A stretch of DNA of 64,000 bases from Candidatus Latescibacterota bacterium (GTDB lineage Bacteria; Latescibacterota; UBA2968; UBA8231). The notes beneath the pieces are model-generated. The model did not search any database and had not been told where the DNA came from. It saw only the letters and a program-made list of their open reading frames with translations. Below, piece by piece: positions 47,348-56,557 of this stretch. The stretch is taken from positions 4,896,001 to 4,960,000 of the forward strand of contig OZ242005.1 in NCBI GenBank assembly GCA_965204725.1, read 5' to 3'. Position 1 is the stretch's first letter, and every line of letters begins with the position of its first letter. Position numbers and translations under genes: made by a program.

Positions 47348-48148
47348 ATGACCTTCGCCCTGCCGTTTATCACTGCGCTCGTCTCCGGGCTTTACACTTG
47401 CCTGTGGGGCGCGTTCAAAGACGCTCCCTATGAGGGGTTCAAACCCAAGACCTTTCCGCGCAGCATGTACTTCCACATCGCGATCTTTTTGCCGCTGTAC
47501 TTCATCCCGTATTTCAGCGCGCAATTCCAGCATCTTGGGCTCGTGCAACTATTCTTCCTGATCATGGGCCTAGAGCGCTTTCTCGCCGAAATCTACAAGG
47601 GCTTCTTCCGCACCGAAGACCAGCAAAAGTACTTCGTTCCCTCGCGCATTACCTTCTTTGGCCGCCCGGTCGCCAGCGACTTCCTCCGCTATAGTGCGGG
47701 CGGTCTAATCGTCGCCATCGTCTTTGCCTTCTTGCTCGTCGCCGCGCCCGTCAAGAGCTTCTGGGGCTATCTGGCGACCGGGTATTGCACCGGGCTGCTC
47801 GTGGCCTTGGGAGGGGCTTATAAGGACGCGCCCTTCGAGGGGTTCAAGTGGCTCAAATTCCAGCGTTCTGGGGTCGTCTTGGCCGCCTTGAGTCCGCTGT
47901 TTTACTTTCTCGGCAATCCCGAATACCCGGTCGGCTTGGGGTTTCTCATCTACATGAACGGCGGGCTAGAGCGGTTCACCGTCGAGTACTACAAGACCTA
48001 CATCCAGCGCAACATGTCCGGGAAATTCCAACCCAACCTGCCCAAAATTCAGCGAGAATTGGACACCCGCGAAAGGTTTCACTACGCGGCCTTGGCGATC
48101 ATCGCCGGGCTGGCCGCGCTCTACGCCCATGAACGCGGCGCACTATGA
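47348..48148 (+). CDS. Hypothetical membrane protein made of two homologous halves
   Basis: GAFKDAPYEGFK..TFPRS / GAYKDAPFEGFK..KFQRS and GLERFLAEIYK / GLERFTVEYYK; several TM helices. Confidence 0.8.
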   Translation: MTFALPFITALVSGLYTCLWGAFKDAPYEGFKPKTFPRSMYFHIAIFLPLYFIPYFSAQFQHLGLVQLFFLIMGLERFLAEIYKGFFRTEDQQKYFVPSRITFFGRPVASDFLRYSAGGLIVAIVFAFLLVAAPVKSFWGYLATGYCTGLLVALGGAYKDAPFEGFKWLKFQRSGVVLAALSPLFYFLGNPEYPVGLGFLIYMNGGLERFTVEYYKTYIQRNMSGKFQPNLPKIQRELDTRERFHYAALAIIAGLAALYAHERGAL

Positions 48149-49616
48149 CGCAGTGGTAATTGGCTCCGGGTTCGGCGGCTCGCTGGTGGCCCACGCGCTG
48201 GTGCAATCCGGGCTAAAGACCGCGCTGCTAGAGCGGGGCCAATGGGCCAAGCGCGACGACGCAGACTGGGATCAGCGCACCATCCTGCTGCAAAAACGCT
48301 ACTGCGCGGCCTCACCCCTGTTGGTCAAGCAGTACGGACAGCGCACCGTCCAGCGCGTCTATCCCAACGAAGTCGTCGGCGGCAACTCCGTCTTTTACGG
48401 CGGAGCGTCGCTGCGGTTGCGGCCGGCGGATTTTGCCCGCTGGCCCTTTTCCTATGCCGATCTAGCCTCTTACTACGCCCGCGCCGAGCAGCTTCTCGGC
48501 GTACACGGAGAGGTGGGGACTGATCCCTACCAGCCGCCGGGGTTGGCGGCCTATCCGCGCCGCGCTGTTGAGCTCAGCGCACCGGCCCAGCGCATTTACC
48601 AAGCGGGGACGGCCCTCGGGCTACGGCCGTTCAAGATCCCGCTGGCGATCAACTTTTCCGACCACACCCGCCCCCTCTGCCTGCGCTGCATCACCTGCGA
48701 TGGCTTCCCCTGTAAGGTGGAGGCTAAAAACGACATGGCTTCCACCGTGCTGGCCGCGGCCGTGGCCGCCGGGCTGGATATCGTCGTCGGCGCGGTGGCG
48801 CGGCGGTTGGTGCAACGAGGGGGGCGCGTCGAGCAGGTCGAATACGTAGATAGCATCTCCCGACAGGCCCACGCGCTCTCGGCCGACTTGGTGGTCTTGG
48901 CCGCTGGGGCACTCAACAGCCCGGCCCTAATGCTCCGCTCGGGATTCGACCACCCCCTGATTGGGCGCTTTCTCATGCGCCATTGCAATGGGGTTGCCTG
49001 TTACATCTTTCCCTTTCGCACCAACCCGCAACAGGTCTTCCACAAGCAGCTCTGCTTTTCCGATTTCTACGAAGACCTGCGGGCGGAATTCGGCACGGCC
49101 GTGGGCGTCATTCAAGACATCTATACACCGGCACCCTCCATCATCCGGCACCACACTCCTTGGGGCCTCAAGACCCTCGCCGGGCTGCTGGCCAGCCGCA
49201 TGCAGAGTTTGCTCTGCATTGCCGAGGACGATCCTCGTCGCGAAAACCGCCTGTCGTTGGCTCGTGAGCAGGACCTCTTCGGCATGGAGCTGGTACAAGT
49301 AGAGCACGCCTATAGCCACGCCGACTGCCGTCGCCGCGACCTTTTGCTGGCCAAAGCAGGGGCCGTATTGCGCCAAGCGGGCGGCTTGCTGCGCTACCGC
49401 TACTTGATCGATTCCTTCTCGCACGCCGTAGGCACCCTGCGCTGCGCCACCGCGCCAGAGGAAGGCGTACTCGACGTGGATTGTCGCTATTGGGGCAGCG
49501 ACAACCTCTACGTATCCGACGGCAGCTTCATGCCGTCTTCGGGTGGAGTAAATCCAAGTTTGACGATCGCGGCCAACGCCCTGCGGGTCGCCGAGCGGAT
49601 ATTGGAGCAGCGATGA
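48129..49616 (+). CDS. GMC family oxidoreductase
   Basis: YDAVVIGSGFGG, VGGNS..YG, LAAGALNSP.L, HAVGT, NLYVSDGS..P...GVNP.LTI.ANALR. Confidence 0.92.
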   Translation: MNAAHYDAVVIGSGFGGSLVAHALVQSGLKTALLERGQWAKRDDADWDQRTILLQKRYCAASPLLVKQYGQRTVQRVYPNEVVGGNSVFYGGASLRLRPADFARWPFSYADLASYYARAEQLLGVHGEVGTDPYQPPGLAAYPRRAVELSAPAQRIYQAGTALGLRPFKIPLAINFSDHTRPLCLRCITCDGFPCKVEAKNDMASTVLAAAVAAGLDIVVGAVARRLVQRGGRVEQVEYVDSISRQAHALSADLVVLAAGALNSPALMLRSGFDHPLIGRFLMRHCNGVACYIFPFRTNPQQVFHKQLCFSDFYEDLRAEFGTAVGVIQDIYTPAPSIIRHHTPWGLKTLAGLLASRMQSLLCIAEDDPRRENRLSLAREQDLFGMELVQVEHAYSHADCRRRDLLLAKAGAVLRQAGGLLRYRYLIDSFSHAVGTLRCATAPEEGVLDVDCRYWGSDNLYVSDGSFMPSSGGVNPSLTIAANALRVAERILEQR

Positions 49617-50551
49617 AGAAGGTCTGTCTGGTAGGGTGCGGCACCATCGGTCGCCTACACGCGAAAAACCTCGTCGGCCGGGTCGAGCTGTCGTTTCACA
49701 GCCGGACGCAGACTCGTGCCGAGGCCCTCAGCCGTCAATGCGGCGGGGGGCAGGTATTCGCCGCGTACGCCGAAGTCCTCGACAGCGCGGTGGATGCGGT
49801 GCTGATCTGCTCGCCGCCGGATGCCCATTGCTCGCAGGTCGTAGCAGCGTTGGCGGCCGGTAAGGCGGTGTTGGTGGAAAAGCCTTTGTGCGCCACAGAA
49901 GGCGATTTGGCGGCGATTGAGGCGGCCGCGGCAGGCCATCCAGACGCGCTGATGATGATCGCGGAAAACTACTACTACAAGCCCTTGCTCAAGCTGCTCA
50001 AGTGGATCATCCAGCAGGGTTTTATCGGCCAAGTGCGGCAGGCGGCTATTGGCAAGCGCTTTACGCAGCAGACCGCGGGTTGGAAAAGCAGCTATGGCGC
50101 GTTGCTGGAGGGCGGGATCCACTTCGTGGCCCTCGGAGCGGAACTTTTCGCCGCCGCGCCCAAGCAGGTGACAGCGGAGTTTCCCGGGCACCGGGCGGGC
50201 GAGCCGGAGCGGAACTCGGTGGTGCGGCTCGAATACGCATCGGGAGCGGAGCTCGTGTTGCGCTATGCTTGGAACGCCTTCAGCTTGACCAAGGGCATCT
50301 TTCAGCATGCGCGGATTTTGGGGGCCGAGGGGGAGGTGATCTTTGAGTGCAATGGGCTGTACGTGTGTTTGCGGGGGCGGCGGAAGCGGCTCTACCTTCC
50401 GGGCGTGAGGGACCTGATGGGCTACAAGGGCATGACGCAGGATTTCTTGCAGTGTTTGCAGGAGCCGGGACGGAAGCCGTATTCAGACCTAGCGCGGGCT
50501 AAACGGGATTTGGGCATTGTGTTTTCTGCATATACGCATATAAAGGATTGA
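49613..50551 (+). CDS. Gfo/Idh/MocA family oxidoreductase
   Basis: VCLVGCGTIG, VLVEKP, AENY, GGIH; ATGA overlap with the GMC gene. Confidence 0.9.
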   Translation: MKKVCLVGCGTIGRLHAKNLVGRVELSFHSRTQTRAEALSRQCGGGQVFAAYAEVLDSAVDAVLICSPPDAHCSQVVAALAAGKAVLVEKPLCATEGDLAAIEAAAAGHPDALMMIAENYYYKPLLKLLKWIIQQGFIGQVRQAAIGKRFTQQTAGWKSSYGALLEGGIHFVALGAELFAAAPKQVTAEFPGHRAGEPERNSVVRLEYASGAELVLRYAWNAFSLTKGIFQHARILGAEGEVIFECNGLYVCLRGRRKRLYLPGVRDLMGYKGMTQDFLQCLQEPGRKPYSDLARAKRDLGIVFSAYTHIKD

Positions 50552-50555
50552 GCGG

Positions 50556-52238
50556 ATGAGCGACGCGGAAAAAATTATCTATTCGATGTACAAGGTCAGC
50601 AAGCACTACAATCGGAAGGTGGTTCTCGCAGACATTTCACTATCGTACTTCTACGGCGCCAAGATCGGGGTATTGGGCTTGAATGGGTCGGGCAAGAGCA
50701 CCTTGTTGCGGATTATGGCGGGCATAGACCGGGAATACGAGGGGACCATTCGCGTACAGCCGGGGTTTACCGTGGGGTACTTAGAGCAAGAACCCGAGCT
50801 GGAGAAAGGAAAGACGGTCAAAGAGATCGTCGAGGAGGGAGTGCAAGAGACGGTGGACTTGCTGCGCGCTTATGAGGACATCAACGCCCAGTTCGCCGAA
50901 CCCATGGACGACGACGCCATGAACGCCCTGATTGAGCGGCAGGGCGCAGTGGCCGACCAACTCGACGCGGCCGGGGCTTGGGATTTGGACAGTAGGCTGG
51001 ACATGGCGATGGGCGCCTTGCGCTGTCCGCCCGAAGACCAAGAGGTCTCCACGCTTTCGGGCGGCGAGCGGCGGCGGGTGGCGTTGTGTCGGTTGTTGCT
51101 CCGCCAGCCGGATATTCTGCTCCTAGACGAGCCGACCAACCACCTCGACGCCGAAACGGTGGCGTGGCTGGAGGGACATTTGCATCAATACCGAGGGACG
51201 GTGATTGCCGTTACCCACGACCGGTATTTTCTCGACAACGTGGCGGGCTGGATTCTGGAGTTGGACCAAGGGCGAGGCGTACCGTGGAAGGGGAATTACT
51301 CGTCGTGGCTAGCGCAAAAGAAAGAGCGACTGCGGCTGGAAGAAAAGAGCGCGAGCGAAAGACAGCGGACGTTGGAGCGCGAGTTGGAGTGGATCCGCAT
51401 GACGCCGAGGGCCAAGCAGCAAAAGAACAAGGCGAGGATCAGGGCCTACGAGGATCTGCTAAATCAGGATCGAGTACGGCGGAACGAGGCGGTGCAACTC
51501 TACATTCCGCCGGGGCCGCGGCTGGGCACTATCGCCATTGAGGCCCAAGGCGTGAGCAAGTGCTACGGCGACCGCATTATCTTCGAGAACATGAATTTCG
51601 CCCTGCCCTCGGGGGGGATCGTCGGGGTCATCGGGCCAAACGGCGCGGGCAAGACGACCCTATTCCGGTTGATTACCGGCCAAGAACGCGCCGACAGCGG
51701 CCAGCTCCGCATCGGCGAGACCGTGCGGTTGGGGTATGTAGATCAGAGCCGGGAGACCCTAGTGGGGGAAAACACCGTCTGGCAGGAGGTATCGGGCGGT
51801 GAGGACGAGATTGAGCTGGGTGAGCACAAGGTACATTCGCGGGCGTACCTCGCACGCTTCAACTTCATCGGTGCCGACCAGCAGCAACAGGTCGCTACGC
51901 TTTCGGGCGGACAGCGCAATCGGGTCCATCTGGCCAAGGTACTCAAGGAGCCAGCCAACGTGTTCCTGCTCGACGAGCCGACCAACGACCTCGACGTGCA
52001 TACGCTGCGCGCCCTAGAGGAGGGGTTGGAGAATTTCGCCGGCTGTGTGGTGGTCATCAGCCACGACCGGTGGTTTTTGGACCGGATCGCCACGCACATT
52101 CTGGCGTTTGAGGGCGACAGCCAAGTCTATTGGTTCGAGGGCAACTTTTCGGAGTACGAGGCGAACAAAAAGGCGCGTCTAGGCGACGATTCGGTCGTGC
52201 CTCAGCGAGTCCGCTATCGCCAACTGACGCGGGAGTGA
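50556..52238 (+). CDS. ettA: Energy-dependent translational throttle protein (ABC-F)
   Basis: GAKIGVLGLNGSGKST, VGYLEQEP, LSGGERRRVALCRLL, DEPTNHLD, RELEWIR, IPPGPRLG, SRAYLARFNF. Confidence 0.95.
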   Translation: MSDAEKIIYSMYKVSKHYNRKVVLADISLSYFYGAKIGVLGLNGSGKSTLLRIMAGIDREYEGTIRVQPGFTVGYLEQEPELEKGKTVKEIVEEGVQETVDLLRAYEDINAQFAEPMDDDAMNALIERQGAVADQLDAAGAWDLDSRLDMAMGALRCPPEDQEVSTLSGGERRRVALCRLLLRQPDILLLDEPTNHLDAETVAWLEGHLHQYRGTVIAVTHDRYFLDNVAGWILELDQGRGVPWKGNYSSWLAQKKERLRLEEKSASERQRTLERELEWIRMTPRAKQQKNKARIRAYEDLLNQDRVRRNEAVQLYIPPGPRLGTIAIEAQGVSKCYGDRIIFENMNFALPSGGIVGVIGPNGAGKTTLFRLITGQERADSGQLRIGETVRLGYVDQSRETLVGENTVWQEVSGGEDEIELGEHKVHSRAYLARFNFIGADQQQQVATLSGGQRNRVHLAKVLKEPANVFLLDEPTNDLDVHTLRALEEGLENFAGCVVVISHDRWFLDRIATHILAFEGDSQVYWFEGNFSEYEANKKARLGDDSVVPQRVRYRQLTRE

Positions 52239-52414
52239 CTGCTGATGGCTACTGTATCTCGAAAGCGGCCGGTGGATACGATTGGCTGCGATAAGTGCTC
52301 GGCGACGGCAGCGCAATAAGTGCTATCGCCGCCGAGCCGGAAGCCGAGGGCTTGTTCGGCAACACGTGCTAGGCGATCCTCGGCAGGGTGTTGGAAGCTG
52401 TGAGATGGAGGCAT
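52214..52414 (-). pseudogene. Possible chimeric remnant containing a PIN-domain-like C-terminal fragment
   Basis: RLGGDSTYCAAVAEHLSQPIVS loosely resembles the L..aDa.Y.A.A...l.T signature of VapC proteins; ORF starts inside the 30-bp repeat. Confidence 0.3.
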
Positions 52415-52427
52415 GGCCCGACACCCT
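52398..52427 (+). repeat. 30-bp inverted repeat, left copy
   Basis: CTGTGAGATGGAGGCATGGCCCGACACCCT; 29/30 identical to the reverse complement of 56403-56432. Confidence 0.9.
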
Positions 52428-52730
52428 TACAAGTCCTTCTAAAAGAGAACTTACCTAGGGGGTGCGACAGATCGCGTCGCAGGCAGAATTTTTTTGAAGG
52501 GATCGATTCTGCTAAAGGCGACTAGCTAGGGCTACCGGACCGGGAAAGGGGTCTTGCTGGATGGTTGAGGAGAATTTGCCGGGAAGGATTGGCGCATGAG
52601 GAGGTTTAGACTACTGTCAAAGTCGCCTGATCATTATTACTTCATATCCCCACTCTTGGTTGTCGTCCCTTTAAGGAAACGAGCCGGTTTCATTGCAGGA
52701 GGCAGACATTGGGACGATTCAGCTTCGCTG

Positions 52731-55196
52731 CTACTCTTTACTCTCGGCACGGTTACTGGAATCTAAAATCGCGAGGGCGATGCCGGCTGGGGTCTCCAGT
52801 CCGGTGATGAAAGTTTCGACGTTGGAGCCATCCAAGTTGGCACGCTGGATTGTGCCCGTTCCCGGGGTATCTGTGCCCTCGTCTGTCCAGTATATCTTGC
52901 TCCCCTCCACATCCAAGGCAATGCTGGTTGGGTTCCCCAGTTCGGTGATGAAGGTTTCGACGTTGGAGCCATCCAAGTTGGCACGCTGGATTCCATATCT
53001 TCCCCCGTCTGTCCAGTATATTTTGCCTCTCTCCACATCCAAGGCAATGCCGAAAATGACTACTCCACCGACGAGGGTTCTGATGTTGGAGCCATCCAAG
53101 TTGGCACGCTGGATTGTATATCTTCCCTCGTCTATCCAGTATATTTTGCCTCCCTCCACATCCAAGGCAATATCGGTTGGGTTCTCCAATCCGGTGATGA
53201 GGGTTTCGGTGTTGGAGCCATCCAAATTGGCTCGCTGGATTTTTTCACTGCCTGTGTCTGTCCAGTATATCTTGCCCTCATCCATATCTAAGGCAATGCC
53301 GGTTGGGAGGTCCAATTCGGGGACGAAGGGTTTGATGTTGGAGCCATCCAAGTTGGCATACTGGATGCTCGAGACATCTGTATCTATGCTCACGTTCGTC
53401 CAGTACATCTTGTTCCCGACTACGTCCAAGATGATAGCACTTGGAATTCCCCTAAGCCCAAGTAATGTGAGAGATTCCCTGTTTCTGCCATCCAAGTTGG
53501 CACGCCAGATTTCTCTCCTCTCTATGTTCGTCCAGTATATCTTGCCTCCCTCCACATCCAAGGCAACGCCGGTTGGGTTCCCGGTTCCGGTGATGAGGGT
53601 TTCGGTGTTGGAGCCATCCAAATTGGCTCGCTGGATTTTTTCACTGCCTGTGTCTGTCCAATATATCTTGCCCTCATCCACATCCAAGGCGATGCCGGCT
53701 GGGTTCTCCAATCCGGTGATGAGGGTTTCGGTGTTGGAGCCATCCAAATTGGCTCGCTGGATTCTATATCTTACCCCGTCTGTCCAGTATATCTTGCCTC
53801 CCTCCACATCCAAGGCAATGCCGGTTGGGTTCCCGGTTCCGGTGATGAGGGTTTCGATGTTGGAGCCATCCAAATTGGCACGCTGAATACTAGCCGTGCC
53901 TATGTCTGTCCAGTATATCCTGCCTCTCTCCACATCCAAGGCGATACTGAATGGGTTCTCCAATCCGGTGATGAGGGTTTTGGTGTTAGAGCCATCCAAG
54001 TCAGTACGCTGGATTTTGCCCGTACTTGGAGCATTTGGACTCGCATCTGTCCAGTATATCTTCCCCCCGTCCATATCCAAAGCGAGGCCGGCTGGGCTTT
54101 CCGATCCGGTGATGAGGGTTTCGATGTTGGAGCCATTCAAGTTAGTGCGCTGGATTTCGCCCCTGCCTACGTCCGTCCAGTATATATGCGACAAGACGGC
54201 GTCCTGATTTTCGGAAGTTTCGCTTACCGAAGATTCCGAGTGTGGGACGGCTTGACCGATCCCCGGCGGCAACGCGGGATCGGACGGATTGACGCTGTAT
54301 GTACCAATCAGATAAGCATCGGTAAAGTCGATGTCGCCATCTGCATCCACATCGCCGAGGGAAATGTTGGGGATATGGGCCTCGAGGGCCGAGGAATTGA
54401 TGCTGTACATCGCCACGAACAGGGCATCGGCAATATCGACGAGGCCATCGCCGTTCACATCTCCCAAGATTCCGCCCGCCGCCCGCTTCATTAGACGAAA
54501 TGCCGCGCCGCCGTACTCTTCGATCACAATATCCGCCTCGTCAACTCCTACTTGGAAAGCCGGATTTATATACGGAATCAAGTCCGCGCCCGAAACCGTC
54601 AACCCATAGACCGGGCTGTTCGCTGCTACCGGTTCCGCCACCCGCACCTGTCTCTGAGGAATTGTCCCTACCGCCGGAATCCCCGCCTGCCCATCTACTA
54701 ACACCATCCGCCGACTCACCGTCAGCCCGCCGCCGCTCAGACGATAAACATACACCCCTGCCCCCACGGCTCGCCCCGCTGCATCCGTAGCGTCCCATTG
54801 CGCCGTGTGCATCCCCGCCGACCGTTCCCCATCCACTAACGTCGCTAAGTGCTGCCCCAGCATATTGAGCACTTCCAGCCGCACATGAGAAGCTACCGGC
54901 AGTTGATAGGGAATGATGGTGGAAGGATTGAACGGGTTGGGATAATTCTGCCCCAGTGTAAAGCCATCTGGCAGGGCACTGCCCGTAGAAAGTGTTTGCA
55001 GCGGCAGCGCAAAATACCCAGCCTCGTCCGTGGTTGTGCCGACGAACTGGCGCACATCAGTCAAATCAAACAGCCGCACCTGCACTCCAGCCGCAGGCCG
55101 CCCGGACGACAGGCGCACCCGACCTTCAAGGAGAGGGGCTGCTCCGACGTGAAGGCTCAACACCAGCCCGATGAGACTGCCGATAAGCAACTTCAT
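52731..55196 (-). CDS. Secreted protein with FlgD-Ig-like domain, dockerin-like motifs and tandem YWTD (LDL-receptor class B) repeats
   Basis: Signal peptide; NYPNPFNP domain near the N-terminus; GDVNGDG..D..D / GDVDADG..D..D; about 11 repeats of IALD..GKIYWTD..IQRANLDGSN.ETLITG. Confidence 0.92.
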   Translation of the reverse strand: MKLLIGSLIGLVLSLHVGAAPLLEGRVRLSSGRPAAGVQVRLFDLTDVRQFVGTTTDEAGYFALPLQTLSTGSALPDGFTLGQNYPNPFNPSTIIPYQLPVASHVRLEVLNMLGQHLATLVDGERSAGMHTAQWDATDAAGRAVGAGVYVYRLSGGGLTVSRRMVLVDGQAGIPAVGTIPQRQVRVAEPVAANSPVYGLTVSGADLIPYINPAFQVGVDEADIVIEEYGGAAFRLMKRAAGGILGDVNGDGLVDIADALFVAMYSINSSALEAHIPNISLGDVDADGDIDFTDAYLIGTYSVNPSDPALPPGIGQAVPHSESSVSETSENQDAVLSHIYWTDVGRGEIQRTNLNGSNIETLITGSESPAGLALDMDGGKIYWTDASPNAPSTGKIQRTDLDGSNTKTLITGLENPFSIALDVERGRIYWTDIGTASIQRANLDGSNIETLITGTGNPTGIALDVEGGKIYWTDGVRYRIQRANLDGSNTETLITGLENPAGIALDVDEGKIYWTDTGSEKIQRANLDGSNTETLITGTGNPTGVALDVEGGKIYWTNIERREIWRANLDGRNRESLTLLGLRGIPSAIILDVVGNKMYWTNVSIDTDVSSIQYANLDGSNIKPFVPELDLPTGIALDMDEGKIYWTDTGSEKIQRANLDGSNTETLITGLENPTDIALDVEGGKIYWIDEGRYTIQRANLDGSNIRTLVGGVVIFGIALDVERGKIYWTDGGRYGIQRANLDGSNVETFITELGNPTSIALDVEGSKIYWTDEGTDTPGTGTIQRANLDGSNVETFITGLETPAGIALAILDSSNRAESKE

Positions 55197-55239
55197 AAGG
55201 TCAATTCTTTGTATAAGACGCGATCAGAAGGACATAGAG

Positions 55240-56226
55240 CTAGAACAAAAGTTGACCACCAAAACGCAACAGAAAAGCGGCAACATCCTCGCCAATCAGC
55301 AAATAAACGGGCTTTCCGGTGTCTTGCCTCAGTTGATCAAGGGCCGTGTCAAGTGCTTCGGAACCGGCGTCGGCGGTGGATACAATGACCCCCATGTCTG
55401 CATCCCAATATTGAAGTGCCTCTCGGATCTGATCTACAGCTCTGGTTTCCCGCATCTCTCCTTCAAATGCTTTCACTTGAACAACGCAAGTGCGCTGTTC
55501 TTTGATCCCCAGAATGGGTACTTCCCATTCAAAAATCACCTGTAGGTCTGCGCCTCGTTCTCCGGGACCACCTTGTTCCTTCACTTCTTTGACTCCGGGA
55601 ACATTTCGGAAAATTTCCGCAATCGGGCTCTCAAGCTGGGAACCTGGGAACGTATGCTGAATTTTCTTTGTGATATTGGGTAGAATCTCCTTTTTGAGCC
55701 AATCGATATTCGTCTCCGTCGTACTAGGCGTACCTCCTTCACCTTCTTCCAGCGACGCGATAAGGTGCTCAAATTGCTCATGCAGATCGTAGATGCGCCA
55801 CCAACCGCCTCGTAGTTTGAGCTTCTGTCTTAGCTGAGGATGAACGATGGCGTCGTTGCTGTCAAAGACGCGAACGGACCCGGGGTCAACGGGGAAACGA
55901 TGGTTGAAGTCATCGTCTTCGTAGCTCCAAAAATAGGGGCCAGTGACGCGGGCGAGTGTACGCTTCCCCCATTCAGGTATATTGATATAAACCACATAAT
56001 CGTTCTTTTGGATGTCGAGTAGGAAGGGATAATAACAATCCCGTTCTTCTTCTGTAAGGTTGCCCCTGCCCCCATTAATAATTCTGGACTGCAACTTTTT
56101 TAAGTCAGCAGTTTCGACGTAGCTCCAACCGAAACGTCCCACCCCCTCCTGTAGAGAGTTGTAGGTAATAGCATCGCGATCAGGATCACCCGAGCCCCTC
56201 AGCGCATAGATCGTGTAGTCGTACAT
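55240..56226 (-). CDS. Mrr-like restriction endonuclease with N-terminal putative recognition domain
   Basis: C-terminal Mrr_cat motif GPGERGADL...VVQVK, AVDQI, GVIVST; AT-richer DNA; RBS AAGGA. Confidence 0.85.
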   Translation of the reverse strand: MYDYTIYALRGSGDPDRDAITYNSLQEGVGRFGWSYVETADLKKLQSRIINGGRGNLTEEERDCYYPFLLDIQKNDYVVYINIPEWGKRTLARVTGPYFWSYEDDDFNHRFPVDPGSVRVFDSNDAIVHPQLRQKLKLRGGWWRIYDLHEQFEHLIASLEEGEGGTPSTTETNIDWLKKEILPNITKKIQHTFPGSQLESPIAEIFRNVPGVKEVKEQGGPGERGADLQVIFEWEVPILGIKEQRTCVVQVKAFEGEMRETRAVDQIREALQYWDADMGVIVSTADAGSEALDTALDQLRQDTGKPVYLLIGEDVAAFLLRFGGQLLF

Positions 56227-56368
56227 TTTATTGTTCCTTTCTTTTTAGTAAATGCGATGGATGATAGATCAGAAAACTCCATGAACACGTTCTCAGATCG
56301 ACCTAAAAACAGCTCGAAAAAGACACTTAGTTATGTTTGGGATAACTGAATCAGAACGTTCTCGTCGC

Positions 56369-56395
56369 TCCTCTGCTGAGTATAAAGAGCCAACG
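56369..56395. other. Putative recombination-junction site
   Basis: TCCTCTGCTGA-gtat-AAAGAGCCAACG; right arm identical to 41717-41728, left arm 10/11 identical to 44725-44735 (the two ends of the R-M island). Confidence 0.55.
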
Positions 56396-56402
56396 ACCCA
56401 GC

Positions 56403-56432
56403 AGGGTGCCGGGCCATGCCTCCATCTCACAG
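56403..56432 (-). repeat. 30-bp inverted repeat, right copy
   Basis: AGGGTGCCGGGCCATGCCTCCATCTCACAG; partner at 52398-52427. Confidence 0.9.
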
Positions 56433-56557
56433 AGTAATTTGAGAAGTTCTGCCTATTCGCCGGGCTTCAGGGAGCTACCCTGTGCCGAATAAAGGCTATT
56501 TTATTCAACAGATGACCCGACATGGCGCGGGTACTCTGTTTGATGAAGGCAGAGGTA

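Noticed and set aside
52693-53886. 397-aa + strand ORF with repeats
   Set aside because: Antisense shadow of the YWTD repeat gene, open only because the repeat unit lacks stops.
52780-54190. Regular ~130-bp DNA repeats as a possible CRISPR array
   Set aside because: In-frame protein repeats, no unique spacers, no cas genes.
56369-56395. Junction site as a dif/pdif or integron attC
   Set aside because: The central AGTATA recalls dif, but the arms lack XerC/D consensus; there is no GTTRRRY/RYYYAAC pair or long hairpin.
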